Shown here: positions 15,235 through 29,685 of the stretch, piece after piece
Layout of the letters: each line of letters begins with the position of its first letter
How positions within the stretch are numbered: position 1 is the first letter of the stretch
Assembly: GCF_009914755.1 (NCBI RefSeq)
Contig: NC_060926.1
Strand: one strand, 5' to 3'
Length of the DNA stretch: 64,000 nt
Source of the DNA: the human T2T-CHM13v2.0 reference genome, Homo sapiens
The notes under the pieces: generated by a model
The model's database searches: none
The model's input: the letters and a program-made list of their open reading frames with translations, nothing else
What the model was told of the DNA's origin: nothing
Translations under genes and position numbers: made by a program

Positions 15235-18200
15235 AAATTGATTTTTTAAAATAGTTTTAGGTTCACAGCAAACCTGAGCAGAAGGTATAGGGATTTCCTG
15301 AATCTCTCTGCCCCTAGACATGCATGGCTTCCCCCATATAAACATCCCCCACCAGAACGGTGCATGTTACAATTAATGAACCTACACTGACATATCATTA
15401 TCACCTAGAACCACACTTTACATTAGGGGTCACTTTCATTGTTGTATATTCTAAGAGTTTGGACAAATTTATAATGGCATGTACTTTTTCACCATTATAG
15501 TATCATACACAGTACTTTCACTCCCCTAAAAATCCTCTCCACATCACCTATTATTGATTTCTCCTTTCCCCTTAACCTCAAGCAACCATAGATCTTTTTA
15601 CTATCTCCATAGTTTTTCATTTGCAAAATGTTATATAGTTGAAATCATATATTATGTAGCCTTTTCACACTGGCTTCTTTCACTTAGTAATATGCATTTA
15701 ACTTTCCTTCATGTCTTTTCATGCCTTAATAGCTCATTACTTTTTGTCTCTGAAGAATATTTCACTGTCTAACTATACCAGACTTTGCTTATACATTGAC
15801 CTACTGAAGGGCATCTTGGTTGCTTTCAACTTTTAGCAATTATGAATAAAGCTGCTACAAACATCCTTGTTTAGGTATTTGTGTGGACATAAGTTTTCAA
15901 CTCCTTTAGGTAAACACTACAGAGTTGTGATGGCTACATCATGTGGTAAGAATATGTAGTTTTGTAAGAAACTGACAAACTGTCCTCTGAAGTGACTGTG
16001 CCATTTTGCACTCACCAGCAATCAATAAATGAGAGTTCCCATTGTTCCATATCCTCATGAGCATTTGATGTTATCAGAGGTCTGGATCTTGGACCTTATA
16101 ATAAGTATGTAATGGTGTCTCCTTCTTGTTGTAATTTGCTTTTCTCTGATGACATATAATTTTCAAATGCATATTTGTCATCTTTATATCTTCTTTGATG
16201 AGGTGTACATTAAGGTCTTTGACCAATTTTTTAAATCACATATTTTTCTTATTGTTGAATTTTAAAAGTTCTTTTTATATTTTAAATAACTGTCTTTTAC
16301 CAGATATATCTTTTGCAAATATTTTCTCCCAGTCTGTTGCTTGTCTTTTCATTCTCTTGACAATGTATTTCCCAGCACAGATTTTTTTATTTTAATGATA
16401 TCCAAATTATTTTTTCTTTCATTGATTATGCTTTTGCTATTGTAACTAGGAGGGTATAGTCAAACCCAAAGTCATCTAGATTTCCCCAATATTATATACT
16501 AAGTTTTTTTTTGTTTTAGTTTTGTTTTACATTTAGGTCTGTGATCCATTTTTGAGTAAGTTTTGTCAGGAGTGTAAAGTCTCTATCTAGATTCGTTTTG
16601 GGCAGGGAGTGAATGTCCGATTATTCCAACACAATTTATCGAAAAAACTGTCTTTGCTCCCTTGTAAGGCCTTTGCTCCTTTGTCAAAGATCAGTTGGTT
16701 ATATTGATCTGGGCCTGTTTCTGGGCTCTCTGTTCTGTTCCACTGTTCTATTTTTGCATTCTTTCACCAATATCACGCGGCCTTGATTACTGTACCTTTA
16801 TCATAAAAGTCCTATGCTGTCAGTCCTCCAACTTTTTTCTTCTCCTACATAATTGTGTTCATTATTCTGTGGCCTTTGCCTTTTTATACCAAACTTTAGA
16901 ATCAGTTTGTCAATATCCATAAAATAACTCACTGAGATTTTGAATGGGATTGCATTGAATCTAGAAATCAAGTTGGAATTAACTGAAATCTTGATAAAAT
17001 TGAGTCTTCCACTCCGTTAACATGTAATATCTCTCCATTTCTTTCACCAGAGTTTTTTTAAATTTTTCTCATATAGATGTCATACATATTTGGTTAGATT
17101 CATATCTGATATTTCATTTTGGGGGATGCTAATATAAATGATATTGTGTTTCTCATTCCAAATCCCACTGTCTTATTGCTGATATATAGAAAAGCAATTG
17201 ACTTGTGTACATTGACTTTGTATTTTTCAAGCTTACTATAATTATTTCTCAGTTCCAGGAGTTTTTCTGTCAATTTTGGGGGGCTTTCTGTGTGGATAAT
17301 CATGTCATTTTGAAAAGAGACAGTTTTATTTCTTCCAGATCAATATATATTTTATTTTAATTTTGTATTTTATTGTATTAGCTAAGACAGCCAGTACACT
17401 GTTGAAGAGCAGTGGTGAGATGGGCCATTCATGCCTTGTTTCTGAGCTTCTTGAGAAAGCTTCAAGTTTCTGTTAAGCATAATAATAGCTGCAGAATTTT
17501 TGCAGATATTCTTTAGAAAGCGGAAGAAGTTCCCTTCTATTCCTAGTTTACTGTAAGTTATTTGTTTTTTAACATGAATGAGTCTTGAATTTTGTCAAAT
17601 GCATTTTTTCCACAGTTTTTGGATATTCTGTTCTGTTTTTTTTTTTTCTCAGTATTTTTCCTGTTGGCTTTTCAGGTTTGGAGGTTTCTATTGAGATATC
17701 CTCAAACTCAGAGTGTTTTGCCTGCAATATCCAGCTACTGATAAGCCTATCAAAGGTATCCTTTATTTCTACTATGGCATTTTTTTTAATGTATTAGGTT
17801 TCTCTAGAAGGATAGAACTAATAGGAGATGGGGATGAAGGGGAGCTTATTAAGGAGTATTGACTCACACGATCAAAGTGAAATCCCAAAATAGGCCATCT
17901 GCAAGCTGAGGAGCAAAGAAGCCAATCTGAGTCCCAAAACCTCAAAAGTAGGGAAGCTGACAGTGCAGCCTACAGACTGTGGCCAAAGGCCCGAGAGCCC
18001 CTGGAAAACCACTGGTGTAAGTCCAAGAGTCCAAAAGCTGAAGAACCTGGAGTCTGATATTCAAGGGCAGGAAGCATCCAGCACGGGAGAAAGAAGGATG
18101 GAAAGCTCTGTCAGTCAAGTTTTTCCAACTTCTGTCTGTTTTATTCTAGCTGCACTGGCAGCTGATTAGATGTGCCCACCCAGATTGAGGGTGGGTCTGC

Positions 18201-19260
18201 CTCTCCCAGTCCACTGACTCAAATGTGAATCTCCTTTGGCAACACCCTCACAGACACACCCAAGAACAATACTTTGCATCCTTCAATGCAATCAAGATAA
18301 CACAGAATATTAACCATCACATCTTATAATCTCCATCTGTCTGCTTACATTGGCCATTTATTCTTTCATGTTCTTTGTTCTGGTTCTGATGTTGCTCTGT
18401 CTTTTCAAACTTTGTTTTCTGTCTTTTAATATGTCTTGTAATTTTTTTTTCAATAGCCAGATATAATATATTGAGTAAAAGAAACTGCCGTAAATAGGCC
18501 TTTAATAATGTGGTGGTCAGACGTAGGGGAAGCATTCTATAGCCCTTTGATTAAGTCTCAGTCTTCTCATGAGTCTGTGCCTCTGGACTATGAACAGCAC
18601 ATATTCTTCATAGGTTTTTTACACCCAATAGGTGGGATGAGATGGTTAGAGTAGGCTGGATGAAGTACTTCCCTTCTCCCATGTGGAAGTTTATAGGTGG
18701 CTGGAGTGGGGTATTTCCTTCCACCAAGTCAGGCTGTGATAGAACTCCAACAGGTTGGGCTTTGGTTGAATAGTTTCTCTTAAGTACAAATCTTGTTAAG
18801 AAGAACAGAATGCTCTGGCATATTTCAAAATTTTTTTTCTCCTCACCCTGCCAAAGCACAAGGGGATTTTTCTCTAATATTCACTGTGAGGACCTGGGAG
18901 AACTGCAGAAGGTAAAACTCACAAAAATGTGAGGGCCCCTAATGACCGGGTCCCCCTGGAATTTTTTTCTCAGACTTGTCCACATTGAACCTCCGAAAAT
19001 TCTTTAATTACAGTTTAGGTTTCCCTACCCCAAAACTGGTCCCTGTGAAGGTTTCAGCTCATGAGTTTCTGCTTTTGTAAGTTGGGATTCTCTGTATTTG
19101 CTTGCAATCTCTCCAGTTTTTGAGTCAGTAGCTTCCCCTGTGACCGTACTTCTCTTACTGATCTAAGAGAAGTTGTTGCTTTTTAGTTTCTTCAACTTTT
19201 CACTTGTTAGGCCAGAGTGGCAACTTCAAGCTTTGTCCATACTTGACCAAAACCCAAAAG
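15235..19260 (-). mobile_element. Old L1 (L1MC/L1MD-like), minus strand, internally deleted and split by MLT2A
   Basis: 3'UTR motif 'tagttttaggttcacagcaaa'; antisense ORF2 (ORF 17100-17303 resembles RT: KLLELRNNYSKL..YKVNVHKSIAFLY); the 18322-19260 assignment to ORF1/5' region is less certain. Confidence 0.75.
17790..18321 (-). mobile_element. MLT2A (ERVL) solo LTR
   Basis: 'tgtattaggtttctctagaagg...ccatctgcaagctgaggagc...aatattaaccatcaca' matches MLT2A in reverse; TSD not clear. Confidence 0.85.
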
Positions 19261-20454
19261 TCCTCTTTCCCAACATTTTAATTATTGCCTCATGTTCAAA
19301 ATTTCATGTAGACTTTTTTACTGATAAAGTATATATTGCTTGATCATTTCAATTTGCCCTTTTGCCAAACACGTACAGAGACACTGTTCTGTTTCTGCTG
19401 ATTACTACCAGATTACTGATTTCTCATTGTTCCCATTTTAGGTCCAAGCTGCTTAAAAAGCCCTACCTAGATCATTTCTGACTTTTGCTGTAATGCATTT
19501 CATTGCTGCCTTGACTTACAAAATGTTATCTCAGAGTCTAGTTGACAAGAAGTACAAGTTTCACTTTGATAACTCTACCAATCTGAAGGAAAGCCTTTCC
19601 ACTGACTCAACACCATTGCTTGCAGGTTTTCTATGGCTTATAACAAATGACAGCACATTTGCTGTCAGGCAGAAAACTAGCCATTCTAGTAGTGTCAGTA
19701 GGTACAAAGAGGGAAAGTACTTTTTCTATAGAAAAAATCATTGTAAGAAACTTTTTTTTTTCCAGGAACATGTACAAAAGCATATTTACTTATGTGGATT
19801 TTGTGTGTTTAACAAAAGAATTGAACTTTCATTTATTTTTAGTAAGTAAATAAAAATCGAAAACTGTCTACCTGTTTCATATTATTCATAACAGAAGTCA
19901 AGATAAGAAGAGATTAAGAGATAAATGAGAAATAAAAAGAATAGAAATGAGAAAAGAAAGATATACCAAGATATTAAAGGAGAGAAAGAAACTCGCATCT
20001 AGAGAGAGGCTAAAGCCATCTCATCAGGTGATGCAGGGTGTATCCTGCCCAGGGCCCCTGGCAAGTAGGGACTGGAAATAAGCTTTTGGTTGGTTTGCTC
20101 ACTAATTTCCTGCATCTTGCATGCCCATGGAATTGACATCTTAAAAATTTGTACAAAGATACCTATGAATTTTCAGAAGTTTAGAGAAAGGCACTAGAGA
20201 GACTAGAGAAGGAAAATTAAAAAGCAAAGCATATACAAGAGCCTGGGGGAAGGGGAGGAGGAAAGTGAGAAAAAAAAGAAGAGCGAAAAAAGAAGAGAGC
20301 TAGGCAAGATAATGCTACCTTTTTTTTGCAAGTACTTTGCCTTTCCCCTTAGACTCCCTTGGTCAACTTGTAAACACTCTTTCATTTAGTGTCAGTTGTA
20401 ACCTCTTCTCTTCCAGGAAGTAAAGAATGAATCTCCAGGCAGAACTGATCCCTC

Positions 20455-20456
<2 letters not shown>

Positions 20457-20511
<55 letters not shown>

Positions 20512-20527
20512 TGCGCACACACACACA
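20457..20527. repeat. (CA)n microsatellite with a GTGCGCATGCGC interruption
   Basis: Seen directly. Confidence 0.97.
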
Positions 20528-21146
20528 ACTCTATCTACTACAGTAAGTTGTCATGTATTCCACATATTGTCCATATTCCCATATACTATGATTTCCTTAA
20601 TGATAGAAACAAAGCCTTTTTTATGACCTAGGCCTGATATGTTTAAATGTTTAATGCTTGCTTGATGGATAATTGAACCTATGAAAGCATTTTTAAACAG
20701 TATGGTATAAACTATAAGGTAGGTGCTGCATGCAAAAAAGAGCCTGGGTTTTTGGCAGATTCAGATTAAATGCCCTCTTCACCACCTCTAAGATGTGATT
20801 TTGAGTATATTAGCTAAGTATTTAATCCTAAGTTTTCTCATCTACTTCCCTTAAGATAGATGTAAAGCCTCATTCCTTAACAAATACAATGGTGGTAGGA
20901 ATTAAGAATTAATGAAGGATGAATGAAGGAATAGGCCAAAGTCTTTCCAGCTGTCACTGAGCAGCATGGGTTAGTTGGAGGCTATTCTTATTTTGTTGCA
21001 ATTATCTTTTATATTACCACAGACATCACTTTTTCTTTGGTATTAAACATTGTAAAGATGAAATTACCTTTTCCAGTGAAAATCCAACATAAATTTCAAA
21101 CAAGTAGTAAAGGGTTCTGAAGACAGTAGCCATCAAGAACAAGAAT

Positions 21147-21275
21147 TTTAACTTTTATTTTAGGTCCAGGGGTACACATGTAGGTTTGTTATATAAGTAA
21201 ATGCATGTCATAGGAGTTTGTTGTACATATTGTTTAGTCACCCAAGTGCTAAGCCTAGTACTCAATAGTTATTTT
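21147..21275 (-). mobile_element. ~130-bp 5'-truncated L1PA13-16-type 3' end
   Basis: Reverse complement of the L1 terminal 3'UTR; flanked by aagaacaagaat (21135-21146) / aagaaaaagaat (21276-21287). Confidence 0.8.
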
Positions 21276-21888
21276 AAGAAAAAGAATATTTACACTAACT
21301 TTTGCCTACCCCACTCCACGCAGTCTTGTACCAAAATCTAATCCTGAAATTGAATTTTTATAAATATCAATATATAATGTGAGTCACACATAAAAAGGTT
21401 ATTACTATTTAACTCTCTCTTCCTCATTTTCCACATCCTATTGATGAGCATGCTCTATTAATTTTACCACTTAACGTTTCCATATCCTTGTCCTCTTCTC
21501 ATCTACAAAAATGTTGCCTAAGTTCACATCACCTTTCATGAAGATGATTGAGATCATCTCCAACTGGTATTCTTATTTGCCTCTTTCCACATTCTTTCCA
21601 TTAGTCATTCTCAATCTGTCTTTCTTCTGGGAAATATAATGGAAGATATTCACAAGTGCACAACCAGGTTTTAATGAAACCAAGAAAAAATGGTTGCAGG
21701 CAAAGTATTAAACTAATTTATTTGTAGCTATAACTATTAATAGTATCTCAATAGAGGTCACTTTCAATAGGATAAGCCATGAAAAGATAAGCCATGGCTT
21801 TTGTACAATTCCAGGCCAAGGAAACTGCTCTTCTCTATTAAAGCAAATTAGGAAACAAATGAGTAGCATTATTAATAAAGCACACCTC

Positions 21889-22255
21889 TGTATTAGTCCA
21901 TTCTCACACTGCTAATAAAGACATACCCAAGACTGGATAATTCATAAAAGAAAGAGGTTTAATTGACTCACAGTTCAGCATGGCTAGGGAGGCCTCAGGA
22001 AACTTGCAATCATGGTGGAAAGGGAAGCAAACATGTCCTTCACCTGGAAGCAGGAAGGAGAAGAATGAGCAGAAGGGGGAAAAGGCCCTTATAAAATCAT
22101 CAGATCTCGTGAGAACTCACGATCAAGAGAACAGAATGAGGGTAACCACCCCGTGATTAAATTACCTCCCATCAGGTCCGTCCCATGACACATGAGGATT
22201 ATGGGAACTACAATTCAAGATGAGATTTGGGTGGAGACACAGCCAAACCATATCA
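21889..22255 (-). mobile_element. THE1 (B/C-like) MaLR solo LTR
   Basis: tgtattagtccattctcacactgct...gacacagccaaaccatatca, ~365 bp. Confidence 0.92.
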
Positions 22256-25002
22256 AGTTCCAAATGCTGTGCTTCAGAAACAGTATCACATTGTTACCAG
22301 CAAATATAAAACACAAAGATGACTACATGGCTTTCAACTTAAACTTTTCTATGTCTCATTGTCTATAGAATAGACCACACACTCCAATAAAGTTTATAAT
22401 TACCTCTCCACTCTATGACCTGGATATTCTCTCATCTGGATCCTGCCCATGTCTTCAATTTTGACTTGCCATGTTGCTATTCCAATTCTACACTCTAGCC
22501 ATACTGAACCACTTGAACTTCCTTGAATTCTCGATTGTGTCTCACATTTTTAGAAGCCCAAGACTTGTTTATTGTATTTCTAAATGAATAAACTAAAAAT
22601 TCATATAGTGCAAGTTGTTGGTGAATAAGTACAATGTTCTGCAAGATATATTACAAAATAATGGAATTCTGAGGAAATGCAGAGGCCTGATGATCATCCA
22701 GCTTATCCTAACTTTGGCTGTCTTTATCACAGCTAAAATAATTTCACATTTCTGCTAGTTCCTAATTTGCCTCTGAATCAAAAATTTGTACATTCAGACT
22801 TTAGCACACTTTAAACTATCTCATCCATAAGAATAAAATACACATGAAATAAATATTATACCATATACAATGTTTCATATCATGTGATACACTAGTTAGC
22901 AATGGTTACATTTTTTAAGAAATCCATGTGATTTTATCTAAATTGTATTTCAAAACTCCAAATTTCAAAAGATATTAAAATGATTTAAAAGATAAATATC
23001 TTTATAAAATTATTTAAGAAAACTAAAAAGAAGACAAAGAAAAAAGAGAAGAAGAAAAAACAGGAAAAAGAAGACAAGTTGCAATTATTGATTTTCTAAT
23101 TGCTGGATCTAGGTATTTTGCTTTGTCAATATTTTGTGAAAAAAATGAGAACTTATTTAAAAAGCTAGTATTACTGAAAAAGAAGATTGCTATTTATGGT
23201 GCTGCAATCTAAGAATTAATAAATAAAAGGCATCATTCTTCTGATGAGCTTTTTGATGAGTCTGTATATGCAACATTTTGAAATTAGGGGATGAAAAGAC
23301 ATTAATTTATTTCCCTGCAAAAATGAGAGTAAGTTGGGTTTACTCAGGGCAATGCAGAAAAAGGAACAATGAAGAAAAGTAGAAACATGACAAAGGAGAA
23401 ATATGTTAGCAAACCAGTGTGAGGCAGCAGTGATGTATGATGTGAGATGGCCAGTGAAAAATTACCACCTGTAGAAAGGCTAAAAACCTTCTAAGACAGA
23501 AATTTTAAAGTTGGTCACATTGTAAGAATATCATACCCCAAACTCATGCTAAGACATACATCCCACCTAATCTTAAGCAGGCAAATGGCTTGAGTGGGAG
23601 TTTTGCTTGTTAGTTAGTTTATACATTTACTTTATGTAAATCATAGAACAAGGATAAATTTCAGGCCTGAGTCAACAGAGACAGTAACCTGAGCAGCCTG
23701 TTCGGGCAGGTGAGATAATACCTAACCTGAAGCAAATTATCGGATGCAGAGGCTTAGAGCGAGTGACTTGTATTCTTTACTGAAGAATATAAGACCTGGG
23801 GGCTTCACTTAAACGCCAAAGAGGGCTGCGGACTACCAAAGGGTCTGAAATGTAGGGTCAGTCTCAGCCTACCCACCTCTGTGGTGGCAGGGAGATCCCA
23901 GCTGATAATCAGTCTACATTAGCTTTCTAAAAATTTCTCATAGCCACCAAATGCTAATGGGCCTACATGTGTATTTGCTACATATCGAAACACAACACAT
24001 CATTTGATATTTAACTACGAGGCACCAGAGTGGGATCAGAATTTGATGGTTAATGGGCAAAATTCAACAGATTTGATGGTGACTAAGGAGATGCTCCAAG
24101 CAGACCTATATAGAGTTCTGTCAGTCAATGTGATAATTATAATTCTATGTATTCATATTGTAATTCTACAAATCCACTTATTATAGATTCAAAGAAATAT
24201 GGCAGTATTAACTTAATTATCATGCAAAAAGATATTAAAAAGAAATACTGAGCGTTAATAAAATTTTCTCTGAAGAGAAGACAATAAGAAATGTTGTTTG
24301 GCTTCTTTTCTTCCACTCTGTATGGATGTTTTTCATAATATTTTTATTTTGTACTAGAAAAAAATCATTTTAATTGTTCATGAACATCTTATTTATTTGG
24401 ATGTAGTTGGAGATAAAGTGCATACATACAATAGTTTTATGATTTTTCTAATTACTAAGGCTATGCTACTGTGAGCTTTTCTAAATAAGAAACTTACGTA
24501 TATCAGTCCTCTTTTTAGTCTTACATTTTCTTACAACTATAAAGAAGACAAAGAAACTCTGGAAAGATAATCTGTTGACAATATAGTTTAGCTTTCTCCC
24601 GGGGCAAAACTTCTTAGTCGTTTACTGAAAATGTTATTGTGCGTTACTTATATCAATTGAAATTGGATCTTCCTTACCTTAGGTGATTCACAGTTTTAAC
24701 TGCTTAGGCCTGCCAGGTTGCTACCATATTTCTCCACACATCAGTGTCAGAGATAGCCTGGGCAGTCACCATTTATTTGTAATTGTGTTCTTAAGAATGG
24801 AAATAAGTGAAAATGGTAGAAAACCTTAGTCACTCTGCTGAACAGAATCTGGACTCTAAACCGTTAGGGCTGTCCAATAAAGACCAAATTATTTTGCCGA
24901 ACAGAAATGGAAAAAAAAGTGTCAAACTGTCAACAGTAGACAAAATGCAGGTGTCATTTCTTAGGAACTTAGGAGACTAGACCATATCTTTTCTCAGGTA
25001 GA

Positions 25003-25009
25003 GTGTGTG

Positions 25010-25055
<46 letters not shown>
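25003..25055. repeat. (TG)n microsatellite
   Basis: Seen directly; explains the MCVCVCV ORF. Confidence 0.97.
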
Positions 25056-25058
<3 letters not shown>

Positions 25059-25469
25059 ATTGAGAGACAGAAAAGGAAAAAGATCTGTCAAAACTACAGG
25101 ACTTACATTTTCAAGTCATTCTGCTTCCAAACCTTAATATCTATTACTTTTCTTTCTCAGATATACAGCACTCTCAGAAGAGTTAGTTTCACCCGCTGTT
25201 TCTTCGACCTCAGTACAAACCCCTGCTTTAGCAATTGCAAAATTCTCACTCATTCTACAAGATTCAGCTCAAATTCTACCTTCCTGGACTGCTCTAGGCA
25301 GACTTTCCTGCTCATACTTCTATTCACCCAGTTTATCCCCTTTATAACATCATCTTCTATTGAAACAGATTGGATATTTGTTGAGGATAGAGACAATATA
25401 GTTTGATGTTTGAATTCCAAAGACCAAGCAAAATAAATATTTCTGAACCAAAGATCTTAGCAGTGTAAC

Positions 25470-25670
25470 TTTCTGATTCTAATACTCAAACATTTGCTAG
25501 CTTTGGGAACATCAACAAAAGAGTTATGCTTCTATTTGTTTAATCATGAAATTAAAATAATGATAAATCCTATCTTGTAGAAGATGCTGTGAAGGTTAAC
25601 TCAGATAATATTTATACAACACTTTGGAAGGGGCCTGGAACATAATAAGCCCTCAATAAATACTAGCTTT
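25470..25670 (+). mobile_element. MIR SINE
   Basis: 'gctgtgaaggttaactcagataat...cctggaacataataagccctcaataaatactagc'. Confidence 0.7.
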
Positions 25671-25725
25671 TATTTCAATAACCAACATAAGTTTTGGTTT
25701 TGTGAAGTAAATTTCACCTATGCCA

Positions 25726-25777
25726 GATAGGATGGATGGATAGATAGATAAATAGATGATTGACTGATTGATTGATA
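25726..25777. repeat. Compound tetranucleotide repeat (GGAT/AGAT/TGAT)
   Basis: Seen directly. Confidence 0.8.
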
Positions 25778-27459
25778 GAACAAATAGACTAAATACAAAT
25801 GAAATAATCTCATTTATTTAAACAGACACAGAAAAAATAAATTCACACTAAGTATTAGCATCCTCATTTATCCTACTCATTACATACCATTTTGACAAAA
25901 TGAAAAGTTATTTTTGTCAAAAACTTTTGTTTTATGAATAAACTATTTCACTTACTTTTTGACATTATATGAAAAGCTTTTTTAAAAAAAGTGGAAAACA
26001 AAAGTATATCCTTTATCTGATTTCTAATGAGAAAACACAGATGTGATATATTTATTCTTAAAACTTCCTTCTGTATTATCAGTCACTTTTCCGAGATTCT
26101 CATTTACTGTAAGAAGGTTTTAACCTAAACTAGGTAAGTTTGAATTCCTAGCCAATTCTTCCAAGAGGTGATTAAAGTCATTGTTACAGATGACTGGATT
26201 TGTAGGTCTTTAATTTGACTTTTAACTTACCAATGGATCATTAAATACTTCACATGCCATTCTTTTAAATGTAGTCAATCTAGTTGAAATCTAAGTCATT
26301 AAATAGTAAGCCCAACTGGGACAAATTTAGGCTGCATTTGCACCAAGAAAATTTTTTCCAAACATTGTGATACAATTATTTCTTAAAGCTAAAATTTAAA
26401 AACTACTGAAGTATTTCAGGTATTGTATCACCTTAAAATGTATGTGATGCATGTAGGAAATCTGGATGTGAGTCAAAGAAGTACTATTTATTAAAAGATT
26501 AAAAACTAAATGTTTTGAGAACAGTTTACTACTCATATATATCCCTCCCATCCTTACCAGTCCTGTAGATCGTATTCCTTTGTCCAAAATTCAATTTAAG
26601 TAGTTTTAAGAAAATGCTTGATTTGAGCCACTTAGGATTCTTCTTCTACCTCTAAACTATCTTTAAATTAAGGAAATAAATGTAGTAATGACTTTCTCTG
26701 TTACCTGTTTTCCATAAAACACACACATGCACACAAAGTGGGAATGTACCTCAACCAGGTGCTTCAGGAATTTTAGGAATATTAGAGACAAATGGGTTTA
26801 GAGTAAGAGATGTGATAATGTGATACATCAGCCTAAGATTCAGCACAGGCAAAAAAGGGAACTGCCTGAAAAATTATGGTAGATTTCTCCAATACAACAC
26901 ATAGGAAGTTCCAGAACCAGAGAAACAGAGGCTTGGAAAAATAGCGCATAATTGAGCAATGTGGATGTAAATTAAAAACAAATTACTTAGAACCTCCCTA
27001 ATGTCTGGGATAAGAAACAACTTGATTCGGCATTTCTTCCCAGGTCCTGAGTTAAGTAATCAGCCCTCAGCCCAGAGTCACACAGGCAGTAGTTTGAACC
27101 TGGGTCTCTGAACAGGTTCTCATCCACTATTATAAACTGATATCAATACAGAACATGAAGAAGTAGAGAGCCAAAGGACACTAATACTTTGGCTCCATCC
27201 TCCCAAAATCCCATTGGAATGACAGAAGAAATATTTAAAAATTAAGATATATAAAGAAAATCAGTGTCTTTAGAAATCATGAGAAGTGATACAGTTCAGA
27301 TCAGTGATACAGTTCACAGCATGGCAGGTGGGGCCTTTGGTCATTTATGCTCCCTACAGCCAGAAATCTAATCGATGCATCTTCATGATCATTGCAGCTC
27401 TTACAGCCACTGTCCCCACTTCTTAAGAGAAAATAATATGTGGCAACTGTCTTCTTACT

Positions 27460-27914
27460 TTGGAGGAGATATGCTGGCATGCGCCTCTCATAAGCAGATG
27501 CCAAGTTGGAATTAGCTCTATAAGAGATTTATTAAAAGCAAGTCCAGTGAGACGTAAAGTTGGGAGGGAGCCAGAAGAGGCTGAGAGAACCATTGGACCA
27601 TGGTGTAGGTTTGACTGATTGAAGGAAAGAGGAAAGAAGGAAGATTGGCCGGAACTGTCTTAGACCACAGTACAGGCATATAAAAGCACATCGTGGAGTC
27701 TTTGAGCCAAAATCATTATCTGTCAGAGGAGTCCCACACCTCCTAAGAATGGGCCTTCCTTAGTATCCCTGTTGGCCTCAGTCACCTACCCCAGGAGATA
27801 TAGCTTCATTGCAAACATGATGATGAATTTCTGAGCACCACAATTGGGGGCATTAGTCAACAATGCTCTCTGCATATTCTCTGATATTGAGAAACACATC
27901 TTTTTGGCCACCAC
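27460..27914 (-). mobile_element. LTR16C-like ERVL LTR
   Basis: 'agatgccaag...agagatttatt...gggagggagccagaagaggctgagagaacc...gtcttagac' resembles the LTR16 family from memory. Confidence 0.6.
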
Positions 27915-29587
27915 AATTATAGATAGATACAGGTCAAAGCTCAATATTGAACAAAGAAAAAATTACATGTTCCTTTAAAAGTAAACATAATTTTGAATGT
28001 TTGGAAATATAATGTACCGTGTATTTCAAAAAGCAAACCCAAACCTCTCATAAAATAAATTAAAAATTCTACCAGAGTCAAGAAAAATTCAAAATTAAAA
28101 GATATATTAACATGGTGACAATATGTCACAAATAGAACCAAGTATATTAATTGTCATTGAAAATAAAAATGGGTTATAAATAACCATAAAAATACAGAGG
28201 CCTTCCATTTTGCTACAAATCTAGAAATATGTGTTCCGGAGAAATGCACCTAAACTTTTACAAAACATTGAAATAAACAAATGGTCTGAGATACACTAGA
28301 GAAATCTTTATTAGGAAGAAGGAAGAAAATGAATGATGAAACAGATATAAATTTAGTTCACAAACTTAGATGATGCATTACTGTTTTTCTGTAAATTTAT
28401 TTAACTCCAAGCCCACATCGTGTGAAGCTGTAATAAAATTCAGATCACAGCTATTCTTGGAAGGTCCCTTTAGGATTAAGGTAAGGTCTTAGATTTTATT
28501 CAGCACTAGGATATTAGGAGTGGGGGCTAATTTAGCTAATTATTTTTTCATAATGCTTATCATTTAGTTCCTCATTTTTCTACCCATATGGCTCTTTCAA
28601 ATCTGTCATTTATTTCATCATTTTTGTGGCACACCTTGGGTCCTGAGTCTTCAATAATATTAGGGTTCTCTGGACTAGAATCCAGTTTCCTAGTGTATGC
28701 CATGGCCATTTCCTTTCATGACTGCCATATGTGAATATCACTGCCAGGGCACAGGGTGTAGCTCTCTGTGGTGGATGGCACAGACCATTCTTTCCTATCC
28801 CTAGCAAAAAAAGAAAAATCTTTATTGTCTGTAGAAAATCACTCTCTGTAGCCTTTGGAAATTCCATAGCCTTTGGACACGCTCTTCCATTGAGCCCTAT
28901 TGTCTTAAATGAACTACAGTCTTTGGAAACAAAAGCCAGAAAACAAGAGAAATGTCTGGAACACAAAATGTACTTTTACCTTGCCAGAAAAATTCCAAGA
29001 CAGAAAAATGACAGAATTAACTTATTCAATGGGATAAGGATAGTGGGAAAATACCAAAAGAAAATGCATATGAATATGCCAAAAATTTTTCTGCCACAAA
29101 AATATATTGCTGAGGTTACAGAACAATGTGTTTCAGAGACTCTTATTTCATAGAATGTATGTGCCCCTGTAGATTTTGATGGGTAAAACTGGAATAAGAC
29201 ACAGCATTTCCTAAAAGAAAGAATCCTGAATTTTTAATCAGAAAACCTTAATATAAGAGCTTTATTATTTTCATGGATCTGAGAAAAGTACTGAGTCTCT
29301 CTAGGCCACCATTTATTCATTCATGAAGTAAAGATTTCTCAAAGAAATATTGGGGAATTAGATAGATGCAAATCTAATGCAGCAATATTATTAGAATTTA
29401 GTATTTCTTCTACTCTATAGACTTTGAATACATAGAATGAACTGGTTTATATCCCAATGAAGCAAGGCTATAACCAGAGGTTCTTACTACTTAATATTTC
29501 TCAACATTTTGCCTTACTATGCAAAAGAAGAAAAATTAGTAAGTATTAGCATTATCCCTGAATGTCTTATTCAAACTACAGTGTGCC

Positions 29588-29685
29588 CAACCTCCCAAAA
29601 TTCAATCATGAAGAAGCTGAAACCCTAAACAGACCAATATCGAGTTCTGAAATTGAACCAGTAATAAAAACGTACCAATTAACCA
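29588..29685 (+). mobile_element. 5' part of an L1PA16/L1PB-like element (ORF2 fragment), continued at 46145
   Basis: Translates NLPKFNHEEAETLNRPISSSEIEPVIK (L1 ORF2); the next ORF2 residues resume at ~46150. Confidence 0.75.

Noticed and set aside
21771-21796. gataagccatg duplicated (paired GATA sites)
   Set aside because: An 11-bp local duplication is common and nothing else supports function
25005-25406. 133-aa ORF starting MCVCVCV
   Set aside because: Opened by the (TG)n microsatellite
28610-29153. Overlapping 140-aa and 118-aa ORFs in unique DNA
   Set aside because: No recognisable domain and no convincing splice structure; lengths are compatible with chance
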